From positions 33 to 64,032 of the forward strand of contig CAVJPU010000007.1 of NCBI GenBank assembly GCA_963651445.1: a DNA stretch of 64,000 nucleotides. Direction: 5' to 3'. This stretch comes from a bacterium. Its GTDB lineage: Bacteria > Bacillota_I > Bacilli_A > RFN20 > CAG-826. Each line of letters opens with the position of its first letter. Position 1 is the stretch's first letter. A program made the translations under genes and the position numbers. This document shows, piece by piece, positions 10,907 to 20,568 of this stretch. Under the pieces are notes generated by a model that saw nothing but the letters and a program-made list of their open reading frames with translations, was not told where the DNA came from and did no database searches.

Positions 10907-11623
10907 TTAGTCGGCGTATTTTTCGGCTAAGGCGATGGCCAAATTGACCATGTCGGATAAGCCTTCCTGGCGCTGCTCAACGGTCATTCCTTCGCCCTTG
11001 GCGTCAGAAACGGTTAGGATAGCGAGGGCTTGCTTGCCTAAATAAGCGGCGTTGGAGAATAAGGAATAAGCTTCCATCTCAACGGCCAGAACGCCTAATT
11101 TGGCCCATTTATCGCCAGCGTCTGGGGTGACGTCATAGAAGACGTCAGAAGAGAAGACGTTGCCGACATGATAGGTAAGACCTTGCTTTTCGGCGATGTC
11201 GACGGCATCTCTTAAGACTTTGAAGGTCGAGATAGCGGAATATTTGCCACCGTTAAGGCCATATTGGGCCATCCAGTTGGAGTCGGTGCAAGCGCCTTGG
11301 GCGATGATAATATCGCGGAGGTGGATATTTGGCTGATAAGCCCCACAAGTTCCGATGCGAACGATGGTTTCAACCCCATATTGGGTAAATAATTCGTGAG
11401 AGTAGATGCCGATGGATGGGATGCCCATACCAGAGGCCATGACGGAGATGCGCTTGCCGTTTTTGGTATAGCCGGTATATCCGAAAATACCGCGAACATC
11501 GGTCACTAATTTGGCGTCCTTTAAGAAATTCTCGGCGATCCAGCGGGCGCGGTAGCTGTCGCCTGGCATCAAGACGATTTTCGCGAAATCGCCTTCTTTG
11601 GCGTTAATGTGCGGAGTTCCCAT
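10907..11623 (-). CDS. deoD: purine nucleoside phosphorylase, DeoD type
   Basis: 238 aa, collinear with E. coli DeoD (GTPHINA..GDFA..VLMPGD, GMGIPS, VEMEA). Confidence 0.95.
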   Translation of the reverse strand: MGTPHINAKEGDFAKIVLMPGDSYRARWIAENFLKDAKLVTDVRGIFGYTGYTKNGKRISVMASGMGIPSIGIYSHELFTQYGVETIVRIGTCGAYQPNIHLRDIIIAQGACTDSNWMAQYGLNGGKYSAISTFKVLRDAVDIAEKQGLTYHVGNVFSSDVFYDVTPDAGDKWAKLGVLAVEMEAYSLFSNAAYLGKQALAILTVSDAKGEGMTVEQRQEGLSDMVNLAIALAEKYAD

Positions 11624-11642
11624 AAATATACGTTCCTTTCGT

Positions 11643-12506
11643 TTATTCTTCGCTTTCTTCGATTTGGGTTTCCATATCTTCCTTCAAGATACGGAGGATA
11701 TTATCTGGGGTGACTGGGGTAAGCTCGCCCTGGAAGGCAATGGAAATACGACCGGTTTCTTCGGAGACCAAGATGGTGACCGAATCAGTGGATTCAGAGA
11801 TACCGAAGGCGGCTCTATGCCTAGAACCAAACTTGCCAGTCAATGGACGGGTGGTTGGACGGAAATAGACGGATGCGGCGGCAATCTTGTCTTTTCTGAT
11901 GATAACAGCGCCGTCATGCAAACGGGTGCCTGGATAGAAGATGGTCTGCAACAATTCGGCTGAGACCGGGGCATCCAATAAGGTGCCAGTCTTCATCTGA
12001 TCGCTCAAATCATCGTTTCTTTCGAAGGTGATGAGGGCGCCGATTCTATTTCTGGAGAGATTGACCACGGCGGCGACCACTTTCTGATAGACCTTTTCTC
12101 TATCGAAGAGTTCTTCGCCTTTGGTGCCGTTTTCTTTGCTTCTCTTGAAGAGTCTGTTGATTGCTTTGTTCTTTCCGGATTTAATAGCGGCTCTGACTTC
12201 GCCAAAGTTGACGAAGATGGAGAAGACCAAGGAACCAATCCAGCATAATCCCGAAAGGATCATCAAGAGATAGATATTAAATATCCATCCTAAGATGACA
12301 GCGGCTTCGGTCACCAAGACCAAACTTCTCATCGACCATTTTCTGATGAACAAGAAGAAAATAACGTCGATGGAGACGAAAATAAGGACCGCCCAAACCA
12401 AATTCAAGATGGTTGTCGTGGTTTCAGCTGGGGTTGAGAAATGCAGATTACCAATATCCGTTAAAAGCATAGCAAAGCCCTCCATAAGTGGCTTAAAGAA
12501 AATCAT
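11643..12506 (-). CDS. cdaA: diadenylate cyclase (c-di-AMP synthase), membrane-bound CdaA type
   Basis: Three N-terminal TM helices plus a DAC domain with DGAVII, GSRHRAA and ILVSEETG motifs. Confidence 0.92.
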   Translation of the reverse strand: MIFFKPLMEGFAMLLTDIGNLHFSTPAETTTTILNLVWAVLIFVSIDVIFFLFIRKWSMRSLVLVTEAAVILGWIFNIYLLMILSGLCWIGSLVFSIFVNFGEVRAAIKSGKNKAINRLFKRSKENGTKGEELFDREKVYQKVVAAVVNLSRNRIGALITFERNDDLSDQMKTGTLLDAPVSAELLQTIFYPGTRLHDGAVIIRKDKIAAASVYFRPTTRPLTGKFGSRHRAAFGISESTDSVTILVSEETGRISIAFQGELTPVTPDNILRILKEDMETQIEESEE

Positions 12507-12537
12507 AACAAATATAGTCCATTCTTTGAATGATTAA

Positions 12538-12570
12538 AGAAAAAAAGAGACCGGGATTTCTCCCGATCTC
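12538..12570 (-). terminator. terminator after the Liv-type substrate-binding protein gene
   Basis: gagaccggga-tttc-tcccgatctc, followed on the minus strand by a T-run. Confidence 0.6.
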
Positions 12571-12593
12571 TCTTGGATCAATAAGTTATTTGC

Positions 12594-13982
12594 TTATTTT
12601 TCGAGTTGAGAAGTGGTCTTGAAGGTGCGGAACGGTTCGCCTAAGGTGTGGTTGTTGGCGGTGCATTCAACGAGAGTGAAGGCTTCGGCACCAGTACGGC
12701 GGCCATTCTGCAAGGAGACTTCAATGGTGGACATTGGAATCTTCATGCCATATTTTTCCATGATGGCGGTGTAGTCTTCGGTAGAGGCATTCTCTAAAAG
12801 TTTGTCGTTGTAAAGGTGAGTGATACCTTCGGCAAAGACATACATACCGATGTAGCCGGCCATGGCATAGGAATCATAGAAGTAAGCAGAGACGCCATCT
12901 TTGGCCCAGTCATATTTGCTGACTAATTCTTGGACGACAGCTGGGTTGCCGGCATCGCCCTTAGCAGTTTCGGTCGCGACGGTGGCAAGGGTGTCACCAG
13001 CGGACTTGGCATATAAGGTTAAGGCCTTGACGTATTCAGCCCATTCATCATAGGTTTCGGCATTCTGGACACCAGCGGCGATCCAGCCCGGAGTGTAGAG
13101 CTTACGTCCATCATTGCAAGCACCGTAGTTGTAAGCGCCGGTGAAGTAGGCGGAGTTAGAAAGCTTATAGGAAGCTAAGACCTTGACATTGGACCAGTTG
13201 AGGGTGGCCATCTGAGCGATGGAGGCCAAGAAGAAGTAAGTAGCATCGGTGATGATGACGACATCGACGCCATTGGCTTTCAAAGCCTGGACGGCAGCCG
13301 ATGGGTCAGAACCGGTGACGTTATCCAAACGCTGGACAAAGAGGTTGGCGGATTGGCCCAATTTGGCAGCTTCGGCCTGCATGGCTTCGACTTCGTCGTT
13401 ACCAGTGGAGCCCTTACCGGCGATGACGCCGACTTTGGTGGCGCCCAAACCACCCTTATCGGTGGCAGCGAATGCAGTGGCGACTAAGTGTTCGCCTTCG
13501 ACATAGTCGATTGGCTGAACTGGGAAGGAAGCGATAGAATCGCCAGATTCCTGATAATAGGACTTGGTTAACGGAGTATAGACTTCGACTTTGTTGTGGG
13601 TTTCAAGAGCGGTGCCCTGATCTTCATAGGAATAAACGATGCCGAAGCACTTGTTAGCTCCTAAGAGAGTTTCGGTGTGGGCCTGACGGGTGGCAGCAAC
13701 ATAGCCATCATCAAGATGCTGATAGTCGATTTTGACTTTGCCATCGTTGACGTGTTCGCCATAGTACCAGGCATAGGCTTTCAAACCGTATTCCATTGGT
13801 CCGAAAACGGTTGGAAGTAAGGCGGCGGCATTGGTGTTGCCAACGCGGACGGTGTAGGTGCCGTCTTCGTTCTTGGTGATGCCATCGTTCGGCTCGCCTT
13901 GGTGGGTGACACCGCAGCTACCTAACGAGATTGCGGCGATTGCGCCGAGAGTAGGAACCAAAAACTTTTTGATTTCTTTCAT
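12594..13982 (-). CDS. ABC substrate-binding lipoprotein (Liv/type-I periplasmic binding fold by context)
   Basis: Lipobox SLGSC. 462 aa, last gene of the LivHMGF-type operon. Ligand unknown. Confidence 0.8.
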   Translation of the reverse strand: MKEIKKFLVPTLGAIAAISLGSCGVTHQGEPNDGITKNEDGTYTVRVGNTNAAALLPTVFGPMEYGLKAYAWYYGEHVNDGKVKIDYQHLDDGYVAATRQAHTETLLGANKCFGIVYSYEDQGTALETHNKVEVYTPLTKSYYQESGDSIASFPVQPIDYVEGEHLVATAFAATDKGGLGATKVGVIAGKGSTGNDEVEAMQAEAAKLGQSANLFVQRLDNVTGSDPSAAVQALKANGVDVVIITDATYFFLASIAQMATLNWSNVKVLASYKLSNSAYFTGAYNYGACNDGRKLYTPGWIAAGVQNAETYDEWAEYVKALTLYAKSAGDTLATVATETAKGDAGNPAVVQELVSKYDWAKDGVSAYFYDSYAMAGYIGMYVFAEGITHLYNDKLLENASTEDYTAIMEKYGMKIPMSTIEVSLQNGRRTGAEAFTLVECTANNHTLGEPFRTFKTTSQLEK

Positions 13983-14028
13983 TATTTTCTCCTTGTGTGA
14001 TTCAGAAGGTGAACCACTATTTAGTTAA

Positions 14029-14057
14029 ATTATCTTATGTCTTGCGGGTAAACGCAA
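14029..14057 (-). promoter_or_regulatory. candidate internal promoter in front of the binding-protein gene
   Basis: Minus strand reads TTGCGT - 17 nt - GATAAT. It is embedded in an 11-nt inverted repeat (TGCGGGTAAAC / GTTTGCCCGCA) spanning 14042-14100. Confidence 0.4.
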
Positions 14058-14112
14058 ATTAATTCGCTTAATTTATTAAACATATTGATGGTTTGCCCGC
14101 AAAACATTAATT

Positions 14113-14871
14113 TTAGTTGCCGCCCAAATAGGCGTCTACGAGGCCCTTATCATTGAGCAATTCTTCGCCGGTTCCCTCTTTGGTGATTTTGCCTAATTCT
14201 AATAAATAAGCATAGTCAGCGATCTTAAGGGTCTGCTTGGCGTTTTGTTCGACGATAAGAATGGTGGTGCCTTCGTTTTTGATCTTGACCAAGGTTTCGA
14301 AGATGGTCTTGATGACGAGTGGGGCTAAGCCTAGAGATGGTTCATCCAAGACCAATAATCTTGGGGAGCCCATCAAGGCACGGCCCACCGCCAACATCTG
14401 CAATTCGCCACCGGAAAGGGTGCCGGCTTGCTGTTTGCGGCGTTCCTTAAGAATCGGGAACAAGTCATAGACACGTTCAAAATTGGCTTTGACTTCTTTT
14501 TTGTTTTTGATTTTGTAAGCCCCGGCGACGAGGTTATCCTCGACGCTTAATTCAGAGAAGATCTTACGACCTTCTGGGGACTGCATGATACCGAGTCTGG
14601 AGACTTTATCCGGTCTCATATTGGTGATGTTGATGGACTCATCGAGTTCTTCGTCAAAGCCCTTAACTTTTTTGGTGGTGTTATAGATAATCTCGCCGGA
14701 TTTGGCTTTGACAACGCCAGAGACGCAGGAAAGAGTCGTGGTCTTGCCAGCGCCGTTAGCGCCAAGCAAAGCGACGATTTGTCCTTCGCCGACTCGTAAG
14801 CTAATGCCTTTGATGGCTTCGATTGGACCATAGGCAACGTGCAAGTCTTTGATTTCTAAGATATCAGCCAT
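14113..14871 (-). CDS. livF: Liv-type ABC transporter ATP-binding protein (LivF-like)
   Basis: Walker A GANGAGKTT, signature LSGGELQML, Walker B LLVLDEPSLGL. Roughly 20-aa insertion after Walker A. Confidence 0.9.
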   Translation of the reverse strand: MADILEIKDLHVAYGPIEAIKGISLRVGEGQIVALLGANGAGKTTTLSCVSGVVKAKSGEIIYNTTKKVKGFDEELDESINITNMRPDKVSRLGIMQSPEGRKIFSELSVEDNLVAGAYKIKNKKEVKANFERVYDLFPILKERRKQQAGTLSGGELQMLAVGRALMGSPRLLVLDEPSLGLAPLVIKTIFETLVKIKNEGTTILIVEQNAKQTLKIADYAYLLELGKITKEGTGEELLNDKGLVDAYLGGN

Positions 14872-14886
14872 TGTTCATAATCCTTT

Positions 14887-16323
14887 CTATTCTTCATCAG
14901 AGGCGCCTAAGTAGGCTTCCTGGACGGCTTTATTAGCCTGGATTTCGGCTGGGGTGCCGATGGCAAGGAGCTTGCCGAAAGCAATCGCGCAGATGCGATC
15001 GCAGATGCTCATGACCAAGCCCATATCGTGCTCAACGAGCAAGATGGTGCAATGGTATTCTTCACGGATGCGGCGGATGAGCTTGGCTAAATCCTTGGTT
15101 TCCGAATCATTAAGACCAGCGGCTGGTTCATCGAGAATGATTAGCTGTGGGTTGGTCATTAAGGTGCGGGCGATCTCAATCTTCTTAAGAATGCCGTATG
15201 GGAGGCCCATGGCCAAATGGTTGGCGTAGGCGGTGAGTCCCATAAAGTCTAGGACTTTCATCGCACGCTGAGTGATGACGGCTTCCTCGAGTTTGAGCAT
15301 GTTATCATGGATGATGTGGTCGAAGAGGTTAGATTGATACTGTCTGTTGGCAGCGATCAACATGTTCTCTAAGACGGTGCATTCCCTGATGACTTCGACG
15401 TTCTGGAAGGTACGAGCGATACCTAAGGTAACGACGTTATGGACCTTCTCTTTGGTGAGGTCGATGATATCGCCTTCCTTGGAACGGAAAGCCAAATCAC
15501 CGGCGGTTGGCTTATAGAACTGAGTGATGCAGTTGAAGACCGTGGTCTTGCCGGCGCCGTTAGGACCGATCAAACCATAGATTTCGCCTTCTCTGACATC
15601 GAAGGAAAGCATATCGACGGCGTGCAAGCCACCGAAATACATGCAGAGATCCTGAACGCGGAGGACTTCGCCATCCTGAAGGATGGTGTTTTGTTTTTCA
15701 ATCTCGTTGATTTCGGCAAGCTGGGCTTCCAAGGTTTCGAGATTGGCTTTGAGTTTCTCGATGCGCTTATTCTGCTTGGCTTCGTTTCTGGCATATTTAG
15801 CTTCGTTGGAAGCTTTCTGCTTCTCATCGAAAGCGAACAATTCGGCTTCATGCTTACTAACAACGGCCTCGCGTTTGGCAGCGATTTCCTCAATGTTCGC
15901 GTCCGCACGAGCGTTCTCGATGTCTGCGCGAACACCTTCTTTATAAGCAATGAGTTCGGCGAAGCATTCTTCTTTGACGGCGGCGGTAGCAGCGGTCAAA
16001 TCGGCTTCGGCCTCTGGATTTTTAGCGGCTAAGCGCTTATTCTCTTCGCGGTTTTTGCGATATAAGAGATTGAGTTCTTTCTCTTTGTCTTTGATATCGG
16101 TTTTCTCGAAAGTGGCATAGACTTCCTCGACTGGCTTCAAATAGAAATCATATTCCGCCAATTCGGCTTCGTGTTTCTGAATGATGGCTTGTCTCTTGTC
16201 GGCGGTCTTCTTGTTAAGAAGCTCGCCGTAGTAGCCGATGTATTCGGAGAAAAGGTTGATTTTGCCCTTATTAGAAAGAATTTTCTGATAGAGCTTGCGG
16301 GAATCGATTTTATTCTGCGCCAT
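14887..16323 (-). CDS. livG: Liv-type ABC ATP-binding protein (LivG-like) with ~215-aa N-terminal coiled-coil extension
   Basis: The C-terminal ~260 aa carry GPNGAGKTT, LPYGILKKIEIAR and LIILDEPAAGL. The N-terminal part is K/E/A-rich and heptad-like (..KHEAELAEYD.., ..KHEAELFAFD..). Confidence 0.88.
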   Translation of the reverse strand: MAQNKIDSRKLYQKILSNKGKINLFSEYIGYYGELLNKKTADKRQAIIQKHEAELAEYDFYLKPVEEVYATFEKTDIKDKEKELNLLYRKNREENKRLAAKNPEAEADLTAATAAVKEECFAELIAYKEGVRADIENARADANIEEIAAKREAVVSKHEAELFAFDEKQKASNEAKYARNEAKQNKRIEKLKANLETLEAQLAEINEIEKQNTILQDGEVLRVQDLCMYFGGLHAVDMLSFDVREGEIYGLIGPNGAGKTTVFNCITQFYKPTAGDLAFRSKEGDIIDLTKEKVHNVVTLGIARTFQNVEVIRECTVLENMLIAANRQYQSNLFDHIIHDNMLKLEEAVITQRAMKVLDFMGLTAYANHLAMGLPYGILKKIEIARTLMTNPQLIILDEPAAGLNDSETKDLAKLIRRIREEYHCTILLVEHDMGLVMSICDRICAIAFGKLLAIGTPAEIQANKAVQEAYLGASDEE

Positions 16324-17416
16324 ATAAACGGACCTCCCTCTTAGCCTTCGCGGCTTTGATTTTCATCTTAGCAGTCCAATATAGCTGCCAGAATCCGCCT
16401 GGGTAGAACATGACAATCAAGATGGTGAAGACACCGATGATGAGGTTCATGTATGGAGCGATGACGCTCGAAGCGGTTGGGAACAAGGCACCGAACAAGG
16501 AACTTAAGCCGAAGACGAAGACGACGCCTCCGAAGGTTCCCCACAAGGACTTATAGCCACCGATGATGACGGCAGCCAATACGTTGAGGGACAAAGACAA
16601 GCTCAATGCCGGGTCTGATGCGTTGGTTGGGGTAATCGATAGACCAATCGATAAGTAGCAGACACCAGTCAAAGCGGCGGTGACGCAAGCGATGATGAAG
16701 GCCAAAACTCTGTAGTAGAGGAGGTTAACGCCGAAGGCTTGGGCTACTGGGACGGAGTTCTTCATGGCAAGCATGCTACGTCCGGTTGGTGAACGCATGA
16801 TGTTGTAGATGATGAAGACCGTGATAAGCATCAAAACCAAGACAACGAAGAACAACTGAGCGTTGGTGACTTTCTGACCAAACAAAGTAAACTTGCTGAA
16901 ACGGGTAACGCTGATGGTGGAAGAGTGCATGTTCTGAAGGACGATACGGATGATTTCGGAAAGGCCTAAGGTAACGATGGCTAAGAACAAGCCTTCAATA
17001 CGTAAGGAAATGAAGCCGATGATCAAGCCGATGATGACCGACACAACAACAGCCATAATAATGGCTACGATATAAGGTAACTTCCAAGTCAAGCAGGCAT
17101 AGAAAGCGCAATAAGCGCCGATGCCTAAGAAGCAGGAAGAACCCAAGGACGCTAAGCCGGCATAACCCAATAACAAACAGTAGCCAAACGAAACGATGGT
17201 GTACATCATGATATTGGCGATGACGGTCGCATATTTTTGGGAGATGACTCCGACAGATGGCAGGGCCAATAAGCCCAAAACCAAGAAGACAATGCCAAGA
17301 ATCAAGAATTGGTTGATGGTGTTGCCGAAGATGGATTTGGATTTTTCTTTGGCGAAGTTGCGATGATTGTTAGCGGTACAAGTGGCCGCGACATAAGATT
17401 TGACGACGTTGCTCAT
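16310..17416 (-). CDS. livM: Liv-type ABC permease (LivM-like)
   Basis: 368-aa polytopic protein in LivM position and size. Overlaps livG by 14 nt. Confidence 0.88.
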   Translation of the reverse strand: MSNVVKSYVAATCTANNHRNFAKEKSKSIFGNTINQFLILGIVFLVLGLLALPSVGVISQKYATVIANIMMYTIVSFGYCLLLGYAGLASLGSSCFLGIGAYCAFYACLTWKLPYIVAIIMAVVVSVIIGLIIGFISLRIEGLFLAIVTLGLSEIIRIVLQNMHSSTISVTRFSKFTLFGQKVTNAQLFFVVLVLMLITVFIIYNIMRSPTGRSMLAMKNSVPVAQAFGVNLLYYRVLAFIIACVTAALTGVCYLSIGLSITPTNASDPALSLSLSLNVLAAVIIGGYKSLWGTFGGVVFVFGLSSLFGALFPTASSVIAPYMNLIIGVFTILIVMFYPGGFWQLYWTAKMKIKAAKAKREVRLYGAE

Positions 17417-17418
17417 GC

Positions 17419-18366
17419 TTATACCTTCTTTCTAACGGCTTTGCCAAATAAGCCGTTTGGTTTGATTAAGACCAAAATCATGGCGACGCCATAGACAATA
17501 ACGTCTTTCCACATGGTGATGTTGGCGATGGCATCGACGGTGCCAAGCAAATTGACCAAGGCACCCAATAGCCAGATGATGACGGTCGCAACGGCGGAAC
17601 CCCAGAAAGTGGTGAAACCACCGACGACGCAGGCCAAGAAGGCCATCAACTGGACGGAAGTCATGATGGAGGTGTTCAAGGAACCGGTAGTGGTATTCAA
17701 GAACACGCAGGCGAAGCAACCTAGCATGGTTGCGAAGGACCAAGAGAAGGCGGTGATCAAATGGGTATTGACGCCCATCATCTGAGCCGTGGTCTCATTG
17801 GAGGCAGTCATACGGACGCCAAGACCAAATTTAGTCTTATAGACTAAGACGAAGTAGATGACAATCAAAACGACGGACATAGCAACACAGATTACGGTGT
17901 TCCAGTAATAAGTGATGGTGCCAATGGTGAAGCCGTTGGAAACGATTTTGCCATCGATGTTGCTGGTCAAAGCCAAGAAAACGGTCGCCGGGTTCTGCTG
18001 GATGAGGGAACCGTCAGCTTCGTGGATCTGCATGACGACGGAGATAAGGGAAAGCAAAACATAGGTGAAACCCATGGTGATGATTTGCTTAGAGACGGCG
18101 TTGGCCGCTTTGGCGCGCCTAATAATGCATGTATCGATGAATAAGCCCATCAACAAGCAGACGACCAAGCCGATTACCAACGAGAGCCAAATGTTCAATT
18201 TGTCCTCGTAGCAGAGCTTGGCGACCAAATAGCCGCCGAAGGTAGCAATGGTTGTCTGAGCGAAGTTCGTCGTGGTCGAAGTCTTGAAGACAAGAGTAAT
18301 GGCTAAGACGGTAATCAACGATACAAAGAGGTTCAATATGGATGCATTAGAGAAGATAACGCTCAT
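17419..18366 (-). CDS. livH: Liv-type ABC permease (LivH-like)
   Basis: 315-aa polytopic protein. RBS AAAGGA. Confidence 0.88.
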   Translation of the reverse strand: MSVIFSNASILNLFVSLITVLAITLVFKTSTTTNFAQTTIATFGGYLVAKLCYEDKLNIWLSLVIGLVVCLLMGLFIDTCIIRRAKAANAVSKQIITMGFTYVLLSLISVVMQIHEADGSLIQQNPATVFLALTSNIDGKIVSNGFTIGTITYYWNTVICVAMSVVLIVIYFVLVYKTKFGLGVRMTASNETTAQMMGVNTHLITAFSWSFATMLGCFACVFLNTTTGSLNTSIMTSVQLMAFLACVVGGFTTFWGSAVATVIIWLLGALVNLLGTVDAIANITMWKDVIVYGVAMILVLIKPNGLFGKAVRKKV

Positions 18367-18389
18367 ATTATTTTTCCTTTCGTGTCGAT

Positions 18390-18416
18390 GTGGGGAGGCG
18401 AGTGGTCGCCTCCCAC
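18390..18416. other. GC-rich stem-loop between the KAS III-like gene and livH
   Basis: gtggggaggcga-gtgg-tcgcctcccac, about 11 bp. The T-run lies on the plus-strand side only, so it is not a classical terminator for the minus-strand operon. Confidence 0.4.
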
Positions 18417-18442
18417 GTTTTTATAAAGTAGTTGAGTGAAGC

Positions 18443-19474
18443 TTATTCAGCTGGGCCCCATTTGATAACGTTGGCGGACCAGACATAGCCGATGCCGGCA
18501 GCGATCATCGAGACGACGTCGCCATCCTTGACTTTGCCTTGCTGTAAAGCGAGATGCAAAGACAAGATCTGGTCGCACTGGCCGATGTGGCCATAGTCTT
18601 CGAGATAGATGGAGTTCTCATCGGTCAATCCCCAGTGGGCGAGCAAGCCATAATGGCCGGATCTCTTCATATGAAGGACGGATAGGTAGTCGATCTTTTC
18701 TGGGAGGCCAGCCTTCTTAAAGGCCTGGGTAACGCAGTTGTACCAGTTTGGCATGGATACTTCGTTAAGACGGTCCTTCATCTTGACGGCATCCATCAAA
18801 CGTAAGGACTTCTTGGCTTCTTCCCAGTTCTCGCCATTGATTGGGTTAGCCTGGCCACCGATTTCAACACCGGCGGTACGAGCCAAGGAACCATCGGACA
18901 TGAGGTGGGAACCTAAGAGCAAGTTCTTGTTGTAGTTCTTCTTTAAGATGATGGCGGCGCCACCAGCGGCTAAGTTATACATCATGGACATGTTCTTGTC
19001 GGTGTAGTCGACAAAGTCGCCATTGCGGTAGCCACCGCAGACGAGGATGGTGTCGATGGTGTCATCGGCGATCAACATGCAGCGGGCGATTTCCATAGCG
19101 GCAACGCAGGTGCAGCAACGGTTCTGGACATCGATGCCCCAAGCATTCCAAGCGCCGATTCTATCTTGGATGTAGCAGGCGGAAGTGGTGAGTGGATATT
19201 CTTTCCATTCTTCGCCGAAGCAGAGGATGACGTCGATATCCATTGGATCAACGCCGGTGTTCTTCAAGCAGTCAAGAGCGGCTTTGGCGCCCATTTCCTG
19301 AGTGCCATCGACAGTCCAATCGGAAGATGGGATTGGTTTCTGTTTGATGCCGAGTTTGCTAATGACGGCTTCCTCAGACCAGACACCTTTGGTGGCTTCT
19401 GAGATTTCTTTGGCGGTCATGCGGCCTTCTGGGATGTAGATACCAGTACCGACAATACCAACATTTGGTTTCAT
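18443..19474 (-). CDS. thiolase-fold condensing enzyme, KAS III (FabH)-like
   Basis: 343 aa. VGIVGTGIYIPE start, active-site-like Cys in QNRCCTCVAAMEIA, later HMKRSGH and YGHIGQCD segments. No other fab genes nearby. Confidence 0.8.
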   Translation of the reverse strand: MKPNVGIVGTGIYIPEGRMTAKEISEATKGVWSEEAVISKLGIKQKPIPSSDWTVDGTQEMGAKAALDCLKNTGVDPMDIDVILCFGEEWKEYPLTTSACYIQDRIGAWNAWGIDVQNRCCTCVAAMEIARCMLIADDTIDTILVCGGYRNGDFVDYTDKNMSMMYNLAAGGAAIILKKNYNKNLLLGSHLMSDGSLARTAGVEIGGQANPINGENWEEAKKSLRLMDAVKMKDRLNEVSMPNWYNCVTQAFKKAGLPEKIDYLSVLHMKRSGHYGLLAHWGLTDENSIYLEDYGHIGQCDQILSLHLALQQGKVKDGDVVSMIAAGIGYVWSANVIKWGPAE

Positions 19475-19506
19475 AATTTTTTATATCTCCTTAATAGATA
19501 ACTTTG

Positions 19507-20445
19507 TTATTCGGCGATTTCGCCAGTGAGAAGATAGGAATTAAGATCCTTGAAGAACTTGGTCTTCTGTCCGCCTTCGGATTCCGGGGCGTAGATGTTG
19601 TGGATGCAGTTTGGATAGGTGATGTGTTTGAAGTTGATGCCTTTCCATTTGAGGGCATTCACATTGGCTTCGGTCATGAACGGAAGGACGAAGGTGTCGT
19701 TTTCCGCGGTGAAGAGAAGCGTTGGGGCGAGAATCTTTTTGTATTCCCCCGTCCCTTTGGAATAAAGGCTTGGAATATCGGTGATGTTCCAGGTCATGAG
19801 CGCCCAGTCAGCGGCTAGCAAATCTCTTTGGAGCATGCTTTCCTTGATGGCTTCGATGAAGCGCTCGCTTGGCTCTTCCGTATGTCCGCCAAGGGAACTC
19901 ATAAGCTTGATGCAAGCCTCTAAGTTGCCAGACTTGAAGGTATTGACGGTGAGCTGGATGGCTTTGCCAACCGGATCATCCGAGGTCATGCAGTCTTCCA
20001 TCGACTCGAATGGTTTGAATCCGACTTGCTGATTGCCCTTGAATAATGGGTAACCATAAACCGATGTCGGAGCGACCAAGATGAGCCTATCGGTGATTTC
20101 TGGAGCGTCGATTGCGAATTGCATAGCAACCCCGCCGCCCAAGGAATGACCAAGCACGATAGCTTTCTTAATGTTGAGGACGTGGCATAGCTCGATGAGG
20201 TCATCGCTCATTTCCTTGATGGTGGAATATGGGTGATTGTAGGTGCTTCTTCCGAAACCCCTAAGGTCTGGGATGACGACATGATAGCTTTTCGGCGTCT
20301 CAGTCAAGAAATCTCTCATGCTGAAGTAAGAACTGTAGTTGCCATGGATACAGAGAAGGACTTCTCCGTTTGGGTCGCCGGCTTCCGCATAGCACAGACG
20401 TTCGTCACGCGTAGGAAGGTCGGCATACTTTAGTTCAAAGGCCAT
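19507..20445 (-). CDS. alpha/beta hydrolase
   Basis: HG oxyanion region LLCIHGN, nucleophile elbow LGHSLGG, C-terminal His region CIHNIY. Confidence 0.85.
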   Translation of the reverse strand: MAFELKYADLPTRDERLCYAEAGDPNGEVLLCIHGNYSSYFSMRDFLTETPKSYHVVIPDLRGFGRSTYNHPYSTIKEMSDDLIELCHVLNIKKAIVLGHSLGGGVAMQFAIDAPEITDRLILVAPTSVYGYPLFKGNQQVGFKPFESMEDCMTSDDPVGKAIQLTVNTFKSGNLEACIKLMSSLGGHTEEPSERFIEAIKESMLQRDLLAADWALMTWNITDIPSLYSKGTGEYKKILAPTLLFTAENDTFVLPFMTEANVNALKWKGINFKHITYPNCIHNIYAPESEGGQKTKFFKDLNSYLLTGEIAE

Positions 20446-20568
20446 GATGTTTTCCTTTCTTTATGCAAGTAGGGCAAAGTGAGCGAAAGAATTTAACTCA
20501 ATTGCGCCCTACGTTATTCATCTAGGCACTAGTTTAGACTTTCACGCACACACAAAACAAGCAAAATC

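Noticed and set aside
14042-14100. An 11-nt inverted repeat with a 37-nt loop between livF and the binding-protein gene, considered as a possible riboswitch or attenuator.
   Set aside because: The loop contains a good promoter-like sequence and no U-tract follows. It is kept only as a candidate internal promoter feature, not as a structured RNA.
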